The position numbers and the translations under genes are program-made. Below the pieces are notes generated by a model. The model made no database searches, had not been told where the DNA came from, and saw only the letters and a program-made list of their open reading frames with translations. 64,000 nt of DNA, taken from positions 174,344,001-174,408,000 of the forward strand of contig OX597817.1 of assembly GCA_951406725.2 (NCBI GenBank), written 5' to 3'. Each line of letters opens with the position of its first letter. Positions within the stretch are counted from its first letter, which is position 1. Origin of the DNA: Octopus vulgaris. Taxonomy: Eukaryota. Below are positions 1 through 13,414 of the stretch, in pieces.

Positions 1-429
1 GTTTATCATCATCATTATCATTATTTTAATGTCCACTTTCCATGGGTCACAGAATTTGTTGATGTAGATTTTCTCTGGCCAGATGCTCTTCCTCTTGCAA
101 ACATTATTTCCCTATGGCCTGATGTATTTTCATGGGAGACTTGAAACGATGGACACTGCTTTTATGAAGCTTGTTTGTAACTAATTCATGATGTCAAAAC
201 AAGGAAACAGAAAAAGATCACACACACTCGATGGGCTTCTTTCACTTTCCATCTACCAAATCCACTCACAAGGCTTTGGTCATTTCAGGGCTGTAGTAGA
301 AGACAAATGCTCAAAGTGCCATGTAGCAGAAGCAGAACTGAGCCTAAAGCTGCACTGCCATACCTGCATCCACATAGTCACATAAGGGAAAAGCTGGTCT
401 TGTATCCTACAAAGTTTACAGCAAATACC

Positions 430-662
430 TATTTCCTTACTACCCACAAGGGGCTAAACACAGAGAGGACAAACAAAGACAGACAAATGGATTAACTCGA
501 TTACATCGACCCCAGTGCGTAACTGGTACTTATTTAATCGACCCCAAAAGGATGAAAGGCAAAGTCAACCTAGGCAGAATTTGAACTCAGAACGTAAAGA
601 CAGACGAAATACTGCTAAACATTTTGCCCGGCGTGCTAACGTTTCTGCCAGCTCACCGCCTT
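430..662 (-). mobile_element. tRNA-derived SINE family A
   Basis: Minus strand has A-box tggcagaaacgttag and B-box gagttcaaattc, then core gcctttcatccttt.ggggtcgat..gtaccag; more than 10 copies in the window. Confidence 0.85.
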
Positions 663-2430
663 ATTACAGACCCTCAACAGCCTTATATTAAATAAACATT
701 ATCATGCTGAAAATCAACATTATAGACAATGAATCTAGCAAAACTACAAATAATGAATTCCCTATTAGAATTACTTAATTAGTTAATGGATTCTGAAATT
801 ACCCAGGTTAAGAATTGAGAAATTAGAAAGCTAGATGATGGAGCTAGGTTAGACAGTAACAGATTTTACCATAAGATTACATAAATCTTGGTAGGAGTTA
901 GTTATAGTTGAAATTAATATTATTACTGTCATTATAAATGAAGTAAAACACAGTTCGTGACTAACTCTATCTTGCTTTGTGTCTTTGAAATAATTAGTTA
1001 TTATCCTACATAATGTCTACAGGTGATTTGTTTTGTCAGCTTTAGATTTACTTTTAATTAATGTCAATTGTCTTTGTTGTTGTTGCTGGTTGTGGTGGTG
1101 GTGTGAGGAATAGAATAGAAATATGTGCACGAGGTTAAATCTATTAGTCTCTATATTTGAGGAAGGAAAAGTGATATCACACATCCACAAAATACAAACA
1201 CATGCTGTATATTTGTCAGGACTTTCTCTATGAATTCATTTATTGTAGTTACACACACACACACCTGCCTATAAATACACACACATACATAGATACATAT
1301 GCATACATGCAATCTATATATATCTATATATATATCTGTGTGTCTGTCTGTTTATCTATCTATATGCATACACACATACATACGAACACACATGCATGAA
1401 ATGTTTAAAAAGTATTCCATGAAATCAAAAGATATGGAAAAATAATAAAAAGGAGAAAATATGCCATTCCTTTTACATCTGCAGTTAATTAATTCCAAAG
1501 CATATTATATTACAACTAAATCATTTCAGAATACAATAATATATATTGAAAGATAGATTATCTTAGTCAAATTATTTCAAAATACATTATTACATATTGC
1601 AAAATTATCATATGATATCCAATATACATTACTATATTTTACAATTACATATTGTAAAGGGCATTTTTATATTCAAGTCACTTCAAAGTGCATTAAACAC
1701 TACAAATATATGATTACATACAGGTTTCACTTCTTATAGAAGATATTCATTGCCATGTATGAATGCAATGGTTTGCTACAGGTTAATATATAGTGTGTCT
1801 ACCAGAAGTAACCTTGTCACAAACTCACAAAGTCATAAGGAATGTAATATTATATACATTAGTAGACCCAAATTAAGTAAGGGATGTAAATTTTTGTACT
1901 TTAACTATTCAAAAATTAATGAGAAAAGTATTTTATATTTATTTAAAAAAATGAATTAAAAACAAAGTGTCAATTTGTAGTTAAAAATTCAAAATTGGTT
2001 TATGTTTTGCAATAACTAAAAGTTTCTTTGTTGTTTGACATACTTTCTACACATTGATATAATGAGAAAGTTTAAGATTTGTCTGTCAAGTTCTTGCAAA
2101 TCTATCTAAATACTATCTTATTCAAATTTTCATAGTTTTTCACATCTTGTAATTTGTTGGTGAACTGTCACACATTTTCAAAGTGGCATGTCTGTGTGGA
2201 TAATTAATTCCTGCCATATTCATTGTTTGTGATGATAAAAATTAAATTTGCTGAAAGAGATGTGAAGCTATTTCATATTTTAAAAAATTTCCTAATTTTG
2301 AAGCAGAACTTGGAGACATATATAAATATATGAATACAAATTCCACAATTTAACCTTTTGAGAATTACCTCAAACAGGCATGTCACTTAAAAATGTATAA
2401 CAGTTTACCAGCAACAAATACAGATCTGGG

Positions 2431-2465
<35 letters not shown>

Positions 2466-3327
2466 GGCACAGGCATAGCTATGTGGTTTAGAAGTTTACT
2501 CTCAAACCATATAATTTTGGGTTCATTCCATCTGTGTGTCACCTTGTGTCTTCTACTACAGTTCTAGGCAAGTCAAATCTGTGAGTGTGACTGTCTGTGT
2601 GTGTGTGTGTATACACACACATACACACTCACATTATATTCATATAAATATATATTTGTAAATAGTAAGGGATTACTCCAAACATTTACTGGCTTTCTCT
2701 CAGTTAGGTATTCAAAATAGGATATTCAACAGTTAATATATAAATCCAATAATATTCTCACAAGATAAGAATTTAGAGATATATCTGGTGCAGTTGAAAC
2801 ACGTGTAGGTCTATGTAAAGCTGTGTACGTAAGAAAAGAATTGAAGGTAATACTATGCAACTTAATAATCATTATTATTATTATTGCTGTTGTTGTTGTT
2901 ATTGATATATATATATATATATGTATGTGTGTATGTATATGTGGGTGTGAATTTATGTTTGTGTCTCTTTGTATTGACATCATGTGATTGTTGTAGATGA
3001 ATGTCATTCATTTCCAGCCATGAATAAATGTTACCTCGCTTGGAATCAAGCAAGGGTTGGTGACAGAAAGGGCATCCAGCAGTAAAAGAACTGTCTCAAA
3101 AAGTCTGTTCTACCCAGACATGCATGGAAAAGTGGAGTATTTTGTGGGAGGGAATTAGGTGATTACATTGATCCCAGTGCTCAACTGGTACTTATCTATT
3201 TTATCAACCCCAAAAGAGTGAAAGACAAAGTCAACCCTGGTGGAATTTGAACTAAAAACATAAGGCTGGAAGAAATGTTGCCGAGTATTTTGCCTTCCAC
3301 ACTAACGATTCTGCCAGCTCACTGTCC

Positions 3328-3366
<39 letters not shown>

Positions 3367-3551
3367 AAAGAAGGGTGTAACTGGTATCAAATGAACAATG
3401 TTTCGATATCTCGTGTGTCTTCCACAGATTCAAAAATAAACTTGTCAATCTACTTCATTTTGGTAATATTTATAGAATTGATGTTTGAACCTGTGGAAAA
3501 CACACGAGATGTTGGAATATTGTTCATTTGATAACAGTTGCACTCTTCTTT
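3367..3551. mobile_element. Foldback/hairpin MITE with about 67-bp inverted arms
   Basis: 3367-3433 (aaagaagggtgtaactggtatcaaatgaacaat...ttccacagattcaaa) is the imperfect reverse complement of 3484-3551. Confidence 0.7.
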
Positions 3552-3567
3552 ATTGTTTCTTTACTTT

Positions 3568-3786
3568 CTTATTTCTTTACTGCCCACAAGGGGCTACACA
3601 CAGAGGGGACAAACAAGGACAGACAAACGGATTAAGCCGATTGTATCGACCCCAATACATAACTGGTACGAAAGGATGAAAGGCAAAGTTAACCTCGGCG
3701 GAATTTGAACTCAGAATGTAACGGCAGACGAAATACTGCTAGGCATTTTGCCCAGTGTGCTAACGTTTCTGTCAGCTCGCTGCCTT
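3568..3786 (-). mobile_element. SINE family A (older copies nearby at about 3140-3328, 3917-4125, 4127-4302)
   Basis: Homology to 430-662; candidate TSD ttctttactt. Confidence 0.8.
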
Positions 3787-3816
3787 CTTTACTTCCTGGA
3801 GGAGTAACATCAATCC

Positions 3817-3868
<52 letters not shown>

Positions 3869-4974
3869 GTAGTAGTAGTAGTAGTATTAGTAGTAGTAGT
3901 AGTAGTAGTAGTAATGGTTTCAGACTTTGGTAAAAGGCCAGTAATTTCAGAGAGGGGTTAAGTTGTTTACATCAACCCTAGTACTCAGCTGCTACTTATT
4001 TTATTAACCCCCTAAAGGATGCAAGGCAAAATTGATCGTGGATGAATTTGAACTCAGAACATAAAGACAGATGAATTGCTGCTAAGCAACTTGTCCAGCA
4101 TGCTAATGATTCTGCCAGCTCACCATAATTTTGGCACAAGGCCAGCAATTTCAGGAGAGGGATCTGGTACTTGTTTTATCAACCTTGAAAGTATGAAAGG
4201 CAAAGTCAACCTCAGAATTTGAATTCAGAAAGTAAAAATGGACAAAATGCCGCTAAGCATTTTGCCTGGTGTGCTAATGATTCTGCCAGTTTTCCTCCTC
4301 CTTAATAATAAGTATTGAAACAAGTTAGTGATTTAATTTTCATTCATGTCTAACGGTTACTAACTTTGGCACAAGGCTTCCAGTTTGTAGTGGAAATGGG
4401 TTGTCTTTGTGTTACATTTGGTTCAGTGATTGCTCATACTTAATTTATTAACTTTGGAGAGATGAAAGGCAAAGTTTCCCTGGCAGTATTTCAATTCAGA
4501 TTGTAGAGGAATGAATCTAAATTCTTTAAGATATTGCACATTTAGTCTAACTTTCAACTATTTCAGTCAATCTCCCACTTTACTGACATTTTAAATAAGG
4601 AATAAACCATTATTTGAACATATTGAAAAAAAAAAATATTTTCAATGTTACAACTTTTCAGCGATATCATTCATGATAGCTTAACAGGTATTTCCTGTTA
4701 GAATTTTCACCTTTCTTAAACAAAAAAAAAACAAAAATATCTAATAGCAAAACTTCTCTGATAAAGAAACTGCTAGGATATTTATTTGAGGTTGTTCTAA
4801 TATGGCAATTAAGATTTTTGTAACCAGTGAAATGTTAGTATAATTTAAACAGGCTGTTTTTCCTCTCTTTTTCTTTTATTTTTAATTGGTTGCAAAAGAA
4901 AAATCTTTGTGTGTTTATGTGTGTGCAATGTAAAAGGGTAAAAATCCCCTTCGGTCATGAACGACTATGTCACC

Positions 4975-5645
4975 AGATGACTTCAAAATCTCCTACAATT
5001 CTTCTGGATGGTCTCCTTGTTTAAGTTGGTGAATGCTACGATAATCTGTGCTTTCAGTTCATGTTTGGTGTTACAAGAAGTTTTGTTGGTTTCTTGCTCA
5101 TCTGCATCCCACAGATGTGGTTGCAGAAATTGTCTGACAGGCGTGACTGGGTTCTCCTGCTTGTGTGACATGGTGCAAAGTTCTATTGTCAGACCAAGGG
5201 TCTTCCAGCAGCCATCCTCTTGACCAAGGGCAGCACTACCTCCTCCAGGCACTTGGTGTAGGCTTCCATGTTGAGTCAGAGGCTGTGTGGAAAGATGAAT
5301 GGAGGCATAATGTTGCCATCAGTAGTGATCACTTCAAACACCTTGATTTTGACTGGATGTTTGATTTTTATCATTCTTGGTACATGTCCTCAGATTGCAC
5401 TGTCCAAAGATTAACACCCAACGACTCTGAAATGTTCATATTGGCACTTTCAGCATGAATGCCAAGCAGTAGAGTATGCCATTTCCAAATTTCTAGCAGA
5501 TTGAATTGCATCATGGTACTGTTTTTCTCACAGATGGTGCCCAACTGACTCTACTATACTATGTAGTCGACAAACTCAAAAGCAAGCAATGTGCATGCAT
5601 AAAATTAAAAATTTAAAGTGGTGGCAATTTACCCATCGCACCCTG
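4975..5645 (-). mobile_element. Decayed Tc1/mariner-superfamily element
   Basis: Terminus cagggtgcgatgggtaaatt next to TA (5646-47); minus-strand remnant CNTKHELKAQIIVAFTNLNKETIQKNCRRF resembling Tc1/maT-type transposase C-termini. Confidence 0.6.
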
Positions 5646-5648
5646 TAT

Positions 5649-7498
5649 ACTAGCTATTGTACCCAGTAATTACCGAGGGTAAAGATGTTCTATTGAAACG
5701 TGTTATTACTCTGATATAATAAAGCAATTTCGTTATAACTGCCACAAAAGTGTATTTTCCGTCACAAAAAAGCACAAAAAACTGTCAGCTGGAGGAGGGA
5801 TAGATTGTTGGAAGTTGGCAAGAGAGGTTTTCAGAGGTTGGTGAGAAAGTACTCTGACTCATTGTGGCATTTTAAAGGTGAACTTAATGAAGGTTAATTT
5901 ATTAAAGGTAATATATAAATGCAGTATATATGTATATAAAGATATGAATGAAGTGTTTAAATATTTAAGAATGAAATGAAGAATGTGCAATAATAATGTT
6001 CACTTTCACTGATGGTTGCTCTCAGTAACTGCCTTTAGCTTACAGAGTTCTTGTTTTTATAACTATTGAAAAGCAGCCAGAAGGATAGACATATTGTTGA
6101 GAACAAATGATTTCATTAGAGGTCTGTTATCTCCATTCCGGCCCCTGGTGGCCTAGAAGAGGTTAGAAAGGTCAAGTGGCAAATACATTATTCTGCTTAG
6201 CGAAGGCATCTAGGAAATGTATAACTGCTGTCATTCACAGAAAAACTATTGTTTTACCATGAGAAAAGCACTGCTGAAGTGTTAAGTGAAATTTGGCAAT
6301 TGAGGATCGAATCCATGCTATGCCTACATGAAGGCACTACAAATACATTGTGGAATAAAGAATTTATCTACTGTCATTGAAAAACTGTAACTGTAAAAAT
6401 GCAGAATTATCAGAGTAATGGGCATTCAAAAAAGTATGTATGTATAGAAATGTATGAATGAAGTCTTTAAGGTTTAAGATTAAAATCAAGGAAATGCAAT
6501 AATAATGTTTAGCAGTTCAAAACTGAGTAGTGAAATGCAGAATTAGGTCAGCTGATCGTAAGAATCAAATATTGATCGCTTTGCTAAAAACTGCAGGTGG
6601 TATGGGTTATTTCCCTTGGGTTGTTTAAATAAAATATTAGTAATATGTAGTAGATTGAAGGATCCATTGGAGGGGCCCTATTATCAATTTTTTTCAACAA
6701 TCTAAGTATGTCACGAGGTTTCCAGACATGAGTTCTACTCACATGTCAAATAAAGTATAAAAGTGATATTGTCTGCAAAAATTAGAAATTAGACACACAA
6801 AAAATCAATATTCAAAGTAATCGAACGTAAACAATGAAACCTGTAAAATATTTCTAAATTCGACGGCTCTATTAGTTTCATGAAAATGTTGTATGAACTG
6901 TAAATAAGCAATAAATATTATGATTTGTAAAATAAGTATAGGTGAGACAGGGTGTCCCAACTGAATGTGGTGTGGAAGTTTTTTTTTTTTTTAAGAATTT
7001 TAAGCATTCACAGTATGAGTTCATTGTACTGGGACACAATTATTAAATACATTCTGGAATCAAAAATTTATGTAGTGTCATCGAAAAATTTTAACTGGAA
7101 AAATACAGAATTATTGGAGTTATGGGCATTGAAAGTGTACATGCATCAAGAAAGTGCAATAATAAGGTCGAGAAGTTGAAAACTGTGTGTAGTGAAATGC
7201 AGGATTAGGTCTGCTGATCGTGAAAATCAAATATTGATTGCTTTACTAAAAACTAACTGTAAGTGCAGGTGCTATGGGTTATTTCCCTTGAGTGTTTGAA
7301 AAAATGAGTTATATGAGGTAGATATAAAGATCCCTTCCAGGGGACGTATTATTGATTTTTTTCCAACAATCTAAGTATCTCACGAGGTTTCCAGATATGA
7401 GTGCTACTCACTTGTCAAGTTTCATCAAAATCAATAAAACGATGTTGGAGGAGTTAGCTAACAACACCACAAACAAACACTGATTTTCCACACATGTA

Positions 7499-7500
<2 letters not shown>
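5649..7500 (+). mobile_element. Non-autonomous Helentron/HINE-like element with internal duplication
   Basis: Starts actag...tacccag...gagggta; ends aagtttcatcaaaatc...ggaggagttagc...acaaacaaac then (TA)n; segment about 6370-6750 is repeated at about 7080-7418. Confidence 0.55.
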
Positions 7501-7568
<68 letters not shown>

Positions 7569-7570
<2 letters not shown>

Positions 7571-7772
7571 GTAAAATAATATGTGACAATTATTCAGTAG
7601 CCAAGATAAAACTCTGAGTTTCAGATGCCAAGGTGGAAATCCACCACATCATCTCTTCGGTTATCTGGCCATCTGAAAAACACTATGAAAAAACACTGTT
7701 ATACAAATTTCCTCTATTTACATAATATTGAGGTCTCTTTCTTTCTTTTGTTATCTTGCTGTTTTTACCAAT
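7569..7772 (-). mobile_element. Second copy of the 307-bp hammerhead family, truncated with inverted tail
   Basis: 7569-7695 matches about 12337-12465; about 7703-7771 is the reverse complement of 12270-12338; core mutated to CCGAAGA. Confidence 0.65.
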
Positions 7773-8679
7773 GCATATATAATATATATAGTTTCTAATT
7801 TTGAAGATAGTAGATAGTAAGGGAGCTATATAGTTACATTCTTAAAAGTGTATTTTCAGTATCATGAAAAGCAGGCTTATGTGGATGTATAAGCTGACAC
7901 AGATTTGAAGATACAGAAATGAGGCTGAGTGCATAATTTTGAAGGGAGAGTACAATTATAATGAGCGTGTTTGTTTAAATAGGAAAAAAGCAATTTTTGT
8001 ATGCCGCTTCACAGTATTGATTCTTATTGCATATTTGTGATGGTGTTCACTGCACCAAATTAATCTTGTTTCATGTGGCAGTCATGCATGAGAAATGCGA
8101 GCAACACCAGTCAGTAGTTGGTTGGAAATACAAATGATTATTCTTGAAATAATCTCACCACCATGATATCAAGGCATGGAAAATCCCTTGTCCAAGAAAA
8201 ACCTTTTTATAGCATATGGTAAATGAATGAAGGTGTGTTGGCCAAGTGGTTAGGGTGTTGTACTCCTGATCATAAAATCATGGTTTCAATACTAGGACTG
8301 GGAAGTGAATTGTGTTTTTGAGCAAAATCACTTCATTTTATGTTGCTCCAGTTCACTCAGCTGTAAAGGAATTTCAGCAATAATTAGCAAGTTAAACCTG
8401 CAATGGACCGGCATCTCTTTCAGTGGGATTGTTGTAATTTTAATCACTTATATGCTATAGAAACTGAATTAATCCCCAGCTTATGGATCCTGGGTCTCAT
8501 GACAGACCTAAGTAATAGATGAATAGTTCACCAGTTAAAGTTACTCTGAAATCCATTTTTTATTCTGACCATACTAGTGATAATATTCAGTCATATCTTT
8601 TGCCATGCTGTGTCATCTTTGATAAACTCTCCCACTTTTTCTCTGTCCATCTCACTATGACTTGAAATATTTCTAACTA

Positions 8680-9245
8680 TTGGGTTGTCCGGAAAGTTCG
8701 TACCGATTTTTAAAGGAAAGCAAAAGGTCAATAAATACTTGCTATTACATTTTTAATCAACCAAATATGAACCATTTTGTTGCACAATGCGTCTCCATCT
8801 TTCCTTTAACTTGAAAATACCCTTTTCCCAGAATTGAGGGGGTTTCATGGCAAAGAATTCATCAAGGTATCTTTTTACATCATCCAAGGAATTGAAATTT
8901 TTATCATTAAGACTATTCTGCAGAGACCTGAATAAGTGGAAATCCAAAGGAGCAATATCTGATGAATATGGAGTGTGGGGTAACACATCCCAGCTGAGCT
9001 GCAGCAATTTTTGTCTGGTTTCCAAAGCATCAAGTGCCGAAAACGAACTTTCTTATCTTCTATTTTAAAGGGTTACAAAATTAACACAGGTTATAGGAAC
9101 ATAAACCTTCTTCCATGAAAAGATAGCTTAAACTGTGCTCTAAATGGAGGTGTAATCAAATCTTATTTTATGGACTCAACTATATTCTAAAATAAGTCGA
9201 AAGGTAAGCTACTATAAATCTGCACAAACTTTCCAGACAACCCAA
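8680..9245 (-). mobile_element. Internally deleted mariner (566 bp) retaining the transposase C-terminus
   Basis: TA flanks; TIRs ttgggttgtccggaaagtt / aactttccagacaacccaa; ORF 8753-9025 WDVLPHTPYSSDIAPLDFHLFRSLQNSL...GIFKLKERW. Confidence 0.9.
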
Positions 9246-9253
9246 TACTTTTA

Positions 9254-9472
9254 CCCTTTAGCATTCATGTTTCTTTGTCAAGTGTATTGCTTATTTATTC
9301 ACATTGTTTTGAATTAGTCTTACATTGTCTTGTAGTGTCAATATATCGATGATGTGATTCTATGTTTTTCGAAGACATTGAAGGGGAGTTGTGAGAAGTT
9401 GGATCTGGTCAGTTGTAGTATAAAATGCATAAAATATTGGGGCTGGTTATGACTAGTTTAAATGCTAAAGGG
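9254..9472. mobile_element. piggyBac-type MITE
   Basis: Termini ccctttagcatt / aatgctaaaggg with TTTA and TTAA flanks. Confidence 0.65.
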
Positions 9473-9699
9473 TTAAGGCAGTGAATTGGCAGAAGAGTTA
9501 GCTCACTGGGTAAAATGCTTAGCGGTATATTGTCTGTATTTGTGTTGAGTTCAAATTCTGCTGAGGTCGACTTTGCCTGACATCATTTTGGGGTTGATAA
9601 AACAAGTATCAGTTGAGTATTGGGGTTAATGCCATCAACTTGTTCCTACCTTCACAATCGCTGGCCTTGTGCTAAGATTTAAAACTAATATTTCTAATA

Positions 9700-9981
9700 A
9701 CTGCCAATCCCTCCCCCTGACTGGCGCCTGTGCTGGTGGCACATAAAAAACACCATCCGAACATGGTTGATGCCAGTGCTGCCTGACTGGCTCCCATGCC
9801 AGTGGCATGTAAAAAGCACCCACTACACTCTCAGAGTGGTTGGCGTTAGGAAGGGCATCCAGATCAGATTGGAGCCTGGTGTAGCTTACTGGTTTGCCAG
9901 TCCCAAGTCAAACCATCCAACCCATGCCAGCATGGAAAACGGACATTAAACAATGATGATAATGATAATGATGATGATGAT
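9700..9981 (+). mobile_element. 5'-truncated RTE 3'UTR copy (a related copy lies at about 11320-11692)
   Basis: Same UTR ending ggacattaaacaat(gat)n. Confidence 0.7.
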
Positions 9982-10728
9982 CTCATGAAAAACTCTTCAG
10001 ATTTTGAAGTTTGCCAGCCTGGTTCCTTGTTACTCTGCCTACTTAGTTCTTATTCTGTTTCATGTAATTGCCAAAATGTAACTTTCTAATGGTTTCCTTA
10101 TGTGGTTTCTCTACTTAAAATCAATCTGGAGAGGATACATGTACTTATGATCACCAGTTATTTGAATTACAAGTATTAAAACATCATCATCGTCATTTTA
10201 ACATTCACTTTCCCATACTTGCATGGTTTAAATGGAATTCAGTGAGGCAGATTTTCTACAGCTAGCAACCCATCCTGTTGCCAAGTTTCACCTACTTCAA
10301 GCAAAGTAACATTTCCCTATGACTGGACATGTATATATTCACAGAAGATTGGAAACGAGATACCAATTGTATGACAATGATGCTTGATTACAAGAGTATT
10401 GCATGATATCAAGACAAGGGGACAAACAGACACATGGTGATATTCTTTCAGTTTTTGTCTACCAAATTCATCCACAAAGCTTTGTTCATCTTGGAGCAGT
10501 AAAAGAAACTTGCCCAAGGTACCAATTTATTTTGCAAAGACTGCTGTGGTTTGAAGGTAGTTTATTAGATGACACAGGGAGCAGATTTTAAGTGAAATAA
10601 CTAACTGATGGAGTTCCTCAAATCGAAATGTAAATACAACTTACTGTATTAGCATTGCATTGAGTGCAGTTACCTTAAAAAAAAAAAGCTGGACACAGCT
10701 TACACCCCCCTCGACACACATACACACA

Positions 10729-10769
<41 letters not shown>

Positions 10770-10772
10770 GGT

Positions 10773-10804
<32 letters not shown>

Positions 10805-11210
10805 TAGTGACAGAGGCAATATTAATACTGAGAGATAATATTTATCTTCACTTAAATGTGGATGTTCTGTTAGAACAAACTATACTGTGGTAGATACCAC
10901 AAGAGACCCTCTCATATAGGCTTTTAGTGCAAAATGCATGCTTGTTTATATCACTGGGGGGAATTTATCTCCCTGTCACTTTCAACACCGAGACCACTAG
11001 CTCATGTGATATCGACCTTCTTTGGTCTTGTCAATGATGAATGCTTGACTGCTAGAGATAGCAGCAACTCATTTCCCTGCCAGCAATGTAAATGAGTGCA
11101 TTTTACACCAATCAACTAATATGAGAGTTTCTCATATGGTATCTGCCACAGTAAAGTTTGTTCTAACAGGACATCCACATTTAAGTGGGGATAAATATTA
11201 CTTCTTGACA
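10805..11210 (-). mobile_element. (TA)n-embedded element with about 82-bp inverted arms and a degenerate hammerhead-like core (10995-11038)
   Basis: 10836-10917 inverts 11119-11200; minus strand uUGACaA GACC aaagaa GGUC GAuA UCACAUGA. Confidence 0.5.
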
Positions 11211-11212
11211 TA

Positions 11213-11296
<84 letters not shown>

Positions 11297-12237
11297 CATA
11301 TATACATATATAATTACGAGGCAAAGTGGCTGAGTTCCTTCTGAGTGTTGGGCCTCACAGAAGCAATGACCAAGACCTTTGGCATTATGTTGTGCTTGAG
11401 AAGAATACCCATCAAGTCAAGCAAAATAGCAGTTGCTGTAGATACCAGTGTCATGCAAATTGGCACCCGTGCCAGTGGCACATAAAATTGCACTCCGGTA
11501 TCATGTAAATGGCATCCGTGCCAGTGGCATGTAAAACATCCATTACACTCTCGCAGTGGTTGGTGTTAGGAAGGGCATCCAGCTATAGAAAACCATTTCA
11601 AATCAGACTTGAGTCTGGTGCAGCATGCCAGCCTGGTGAAACTGTCCAACCCATGCCAGCATGGACAACGGACGTTAAATGATGATGATGATATATACAC
11701 ATACACACACATATATGTATCCAAATTTAGGGGATGGATTAGATAAACATAGAATCCCCTGACAGCAATGTAACCTTCATTTGACTAAGGTATCTTTGGC
11801 CTGATGAGTAGCTAGCAGATTACTCCTCGTTTGGGTAATTACTACTCCTGAGGTTCTGCTAGTTAAGAAACAGATATATCCTGGATTTTTTTCTACTGCA
11901 TCCCCTAAATTTGGATTTTTATTTGCATACACAGTATCCCCAGCTGCTAGCTGTGAACTATGAAATAACTGTTTTCAGCTTATCAAACTTCAATATGGGA
12001 AAAATTTACAACCTTCTGTGTCAATAAACCACTATTGTTCTTGAAGTTGTTTTTTTATACCTTCTACAGACTGCTTGAAGCTTACTAACTTCCTACCCCT
12101 GGATCCTTGGATCTTACCTTTACATATGACTACACACACACACACACACACACACATGTGCATGCTTCCATACCCATGTGAGCATGGAAGGTGGACATTA
12201 AATAATGATGCTGATGATGATGATATATATGTATATA

Positions 12238-12269
<32 letters not shown>

Positions 12270-12271
<2 letters not shown>

Positions 12272-12598
12272 GATAAAAATGGTAAGACAACAAAAGAAAG
12301 AAAGAGACCTCGATATTATGTAAAAAGAGGAATTTATCTGTAAATGCAATATGTGACAATTATTCGGTAGCCATGATAAAACTCCAAGTTTCAGATGTCG
12401 AGGTGGAAATCCACGCCGCCATCTCTTCAGTTATCCAGCCATCGGAAAAATGCTATGAAAAATAACCCATATTGAATTCTTCTGTGGGGTAGAGTCCTCA
12501 AACTATGTCTGGCGATTTTCCAAAATAAGCTGTATTAGGCCTTAGGGAAAAATAGCAGTGTACGGGAGGTAACTTATTGATAAAAATGATAAGACAAT
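12270..12598 (-). mobile_element. Penelope/retrozyme-like element, 307-bp unit with hammerhead (12375-12435)
   Basis: ttgataaaaatg.taagacaa at 12270 is repeated at 12577; minus strand GAUAA CUGAAGA GAUG..CAUC u GAAA CUUGGAG UU UUAUC; (TA)n on both sides. Confidence 0.65.
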
Positions 12599-12609
12599 GT
12601 ATATATATA

Positions 12610-12645
<36 letters not shown>

Positions 12646-12778
12646 AATCCTTATATGCAACCTAATTGCATGCATACATACATACACATACATACATGTT
12701 TCCATTTCTTCCTGCTTCTCTCTACGTATTCTGGAGATAATCATTATGTTCTATTTTCATTTATCTTTCCAATTTCAG

Positions 12779-12871
12779 TATGGTGGACGTCTTGATTTAG
12801 TGGAACTGGTGTCATTTATAAATGAACAAACTTATATTATGAGACAGCCAGGTGGAGAGCTAGAAGAAATG
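12779..12871 (+). CDS. Probable internal coding exon (phase 0/0) of a thioredoxin/PDI-fold protein: YGGRLDLVELVSFINEQTYIMRQPGGELEEM
   Basis: Polypyrimidine acceptor ttatctttccaatttcAG at 12777-78, donor GTaatt at 12872, 93 nt with no stop. The peptide resembles the Y-x-G-x-x-(D)-x3-L-x-x-F-I-N terminal helix of thioredoxin-like domains followed by R-x-x-x-G-x-L. No partner exons were identified. Confidence 0.55.
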
Positions 12872-13414
12872 GTAATTTTTTTTTGTTTTCATCCATCTTC
12901 TTTATATATTATCAAACTCACTCACCACTCTCCATGTCTCTGAAGAATTCTCTCACTTTTCTCAGGTGTTTAAATGGAACTTTCTGGATTGATATTCAAA
13001 ATTAGTTATGTCTGTCTGTCTGTCTGGTTAACTGTCTGTTTGCCATTCTGGTTGCATATCTCTCTCTCTATCTCTTTTACTCTTTTACTTGTTCCAGTCA
13101 TTTGACTGTGGCCATGCTGGAGCACCGCCTTTAGTTGAGCAAATCGACCCCAGGACTTATTCTTTGTAAGCCTAGTACTTATTGTATCGGTCTCTTTTGC
13201 CAAACTGCTAAGTTACAGGGACATAAACACACCAGCATTGGTTGTCAAGCGATGTTGGAGGGACAAACACAGACACACAAACACACACACACACACATAC
13301 ACATATATACATATATACGATGGGCTTCTTTCAGTTTCCATCTGCTCATGATGAATCATATGTAGGCTGGATCTTATCTATTCCATTCCATAACTCTTGT
13401 ATGTGCATATATAT

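Noticed and set aside
2704-2829. Exon-like segment with AG acceptor and GTAAGA donor
   Set aside because: In-frame stops in the frames examined.
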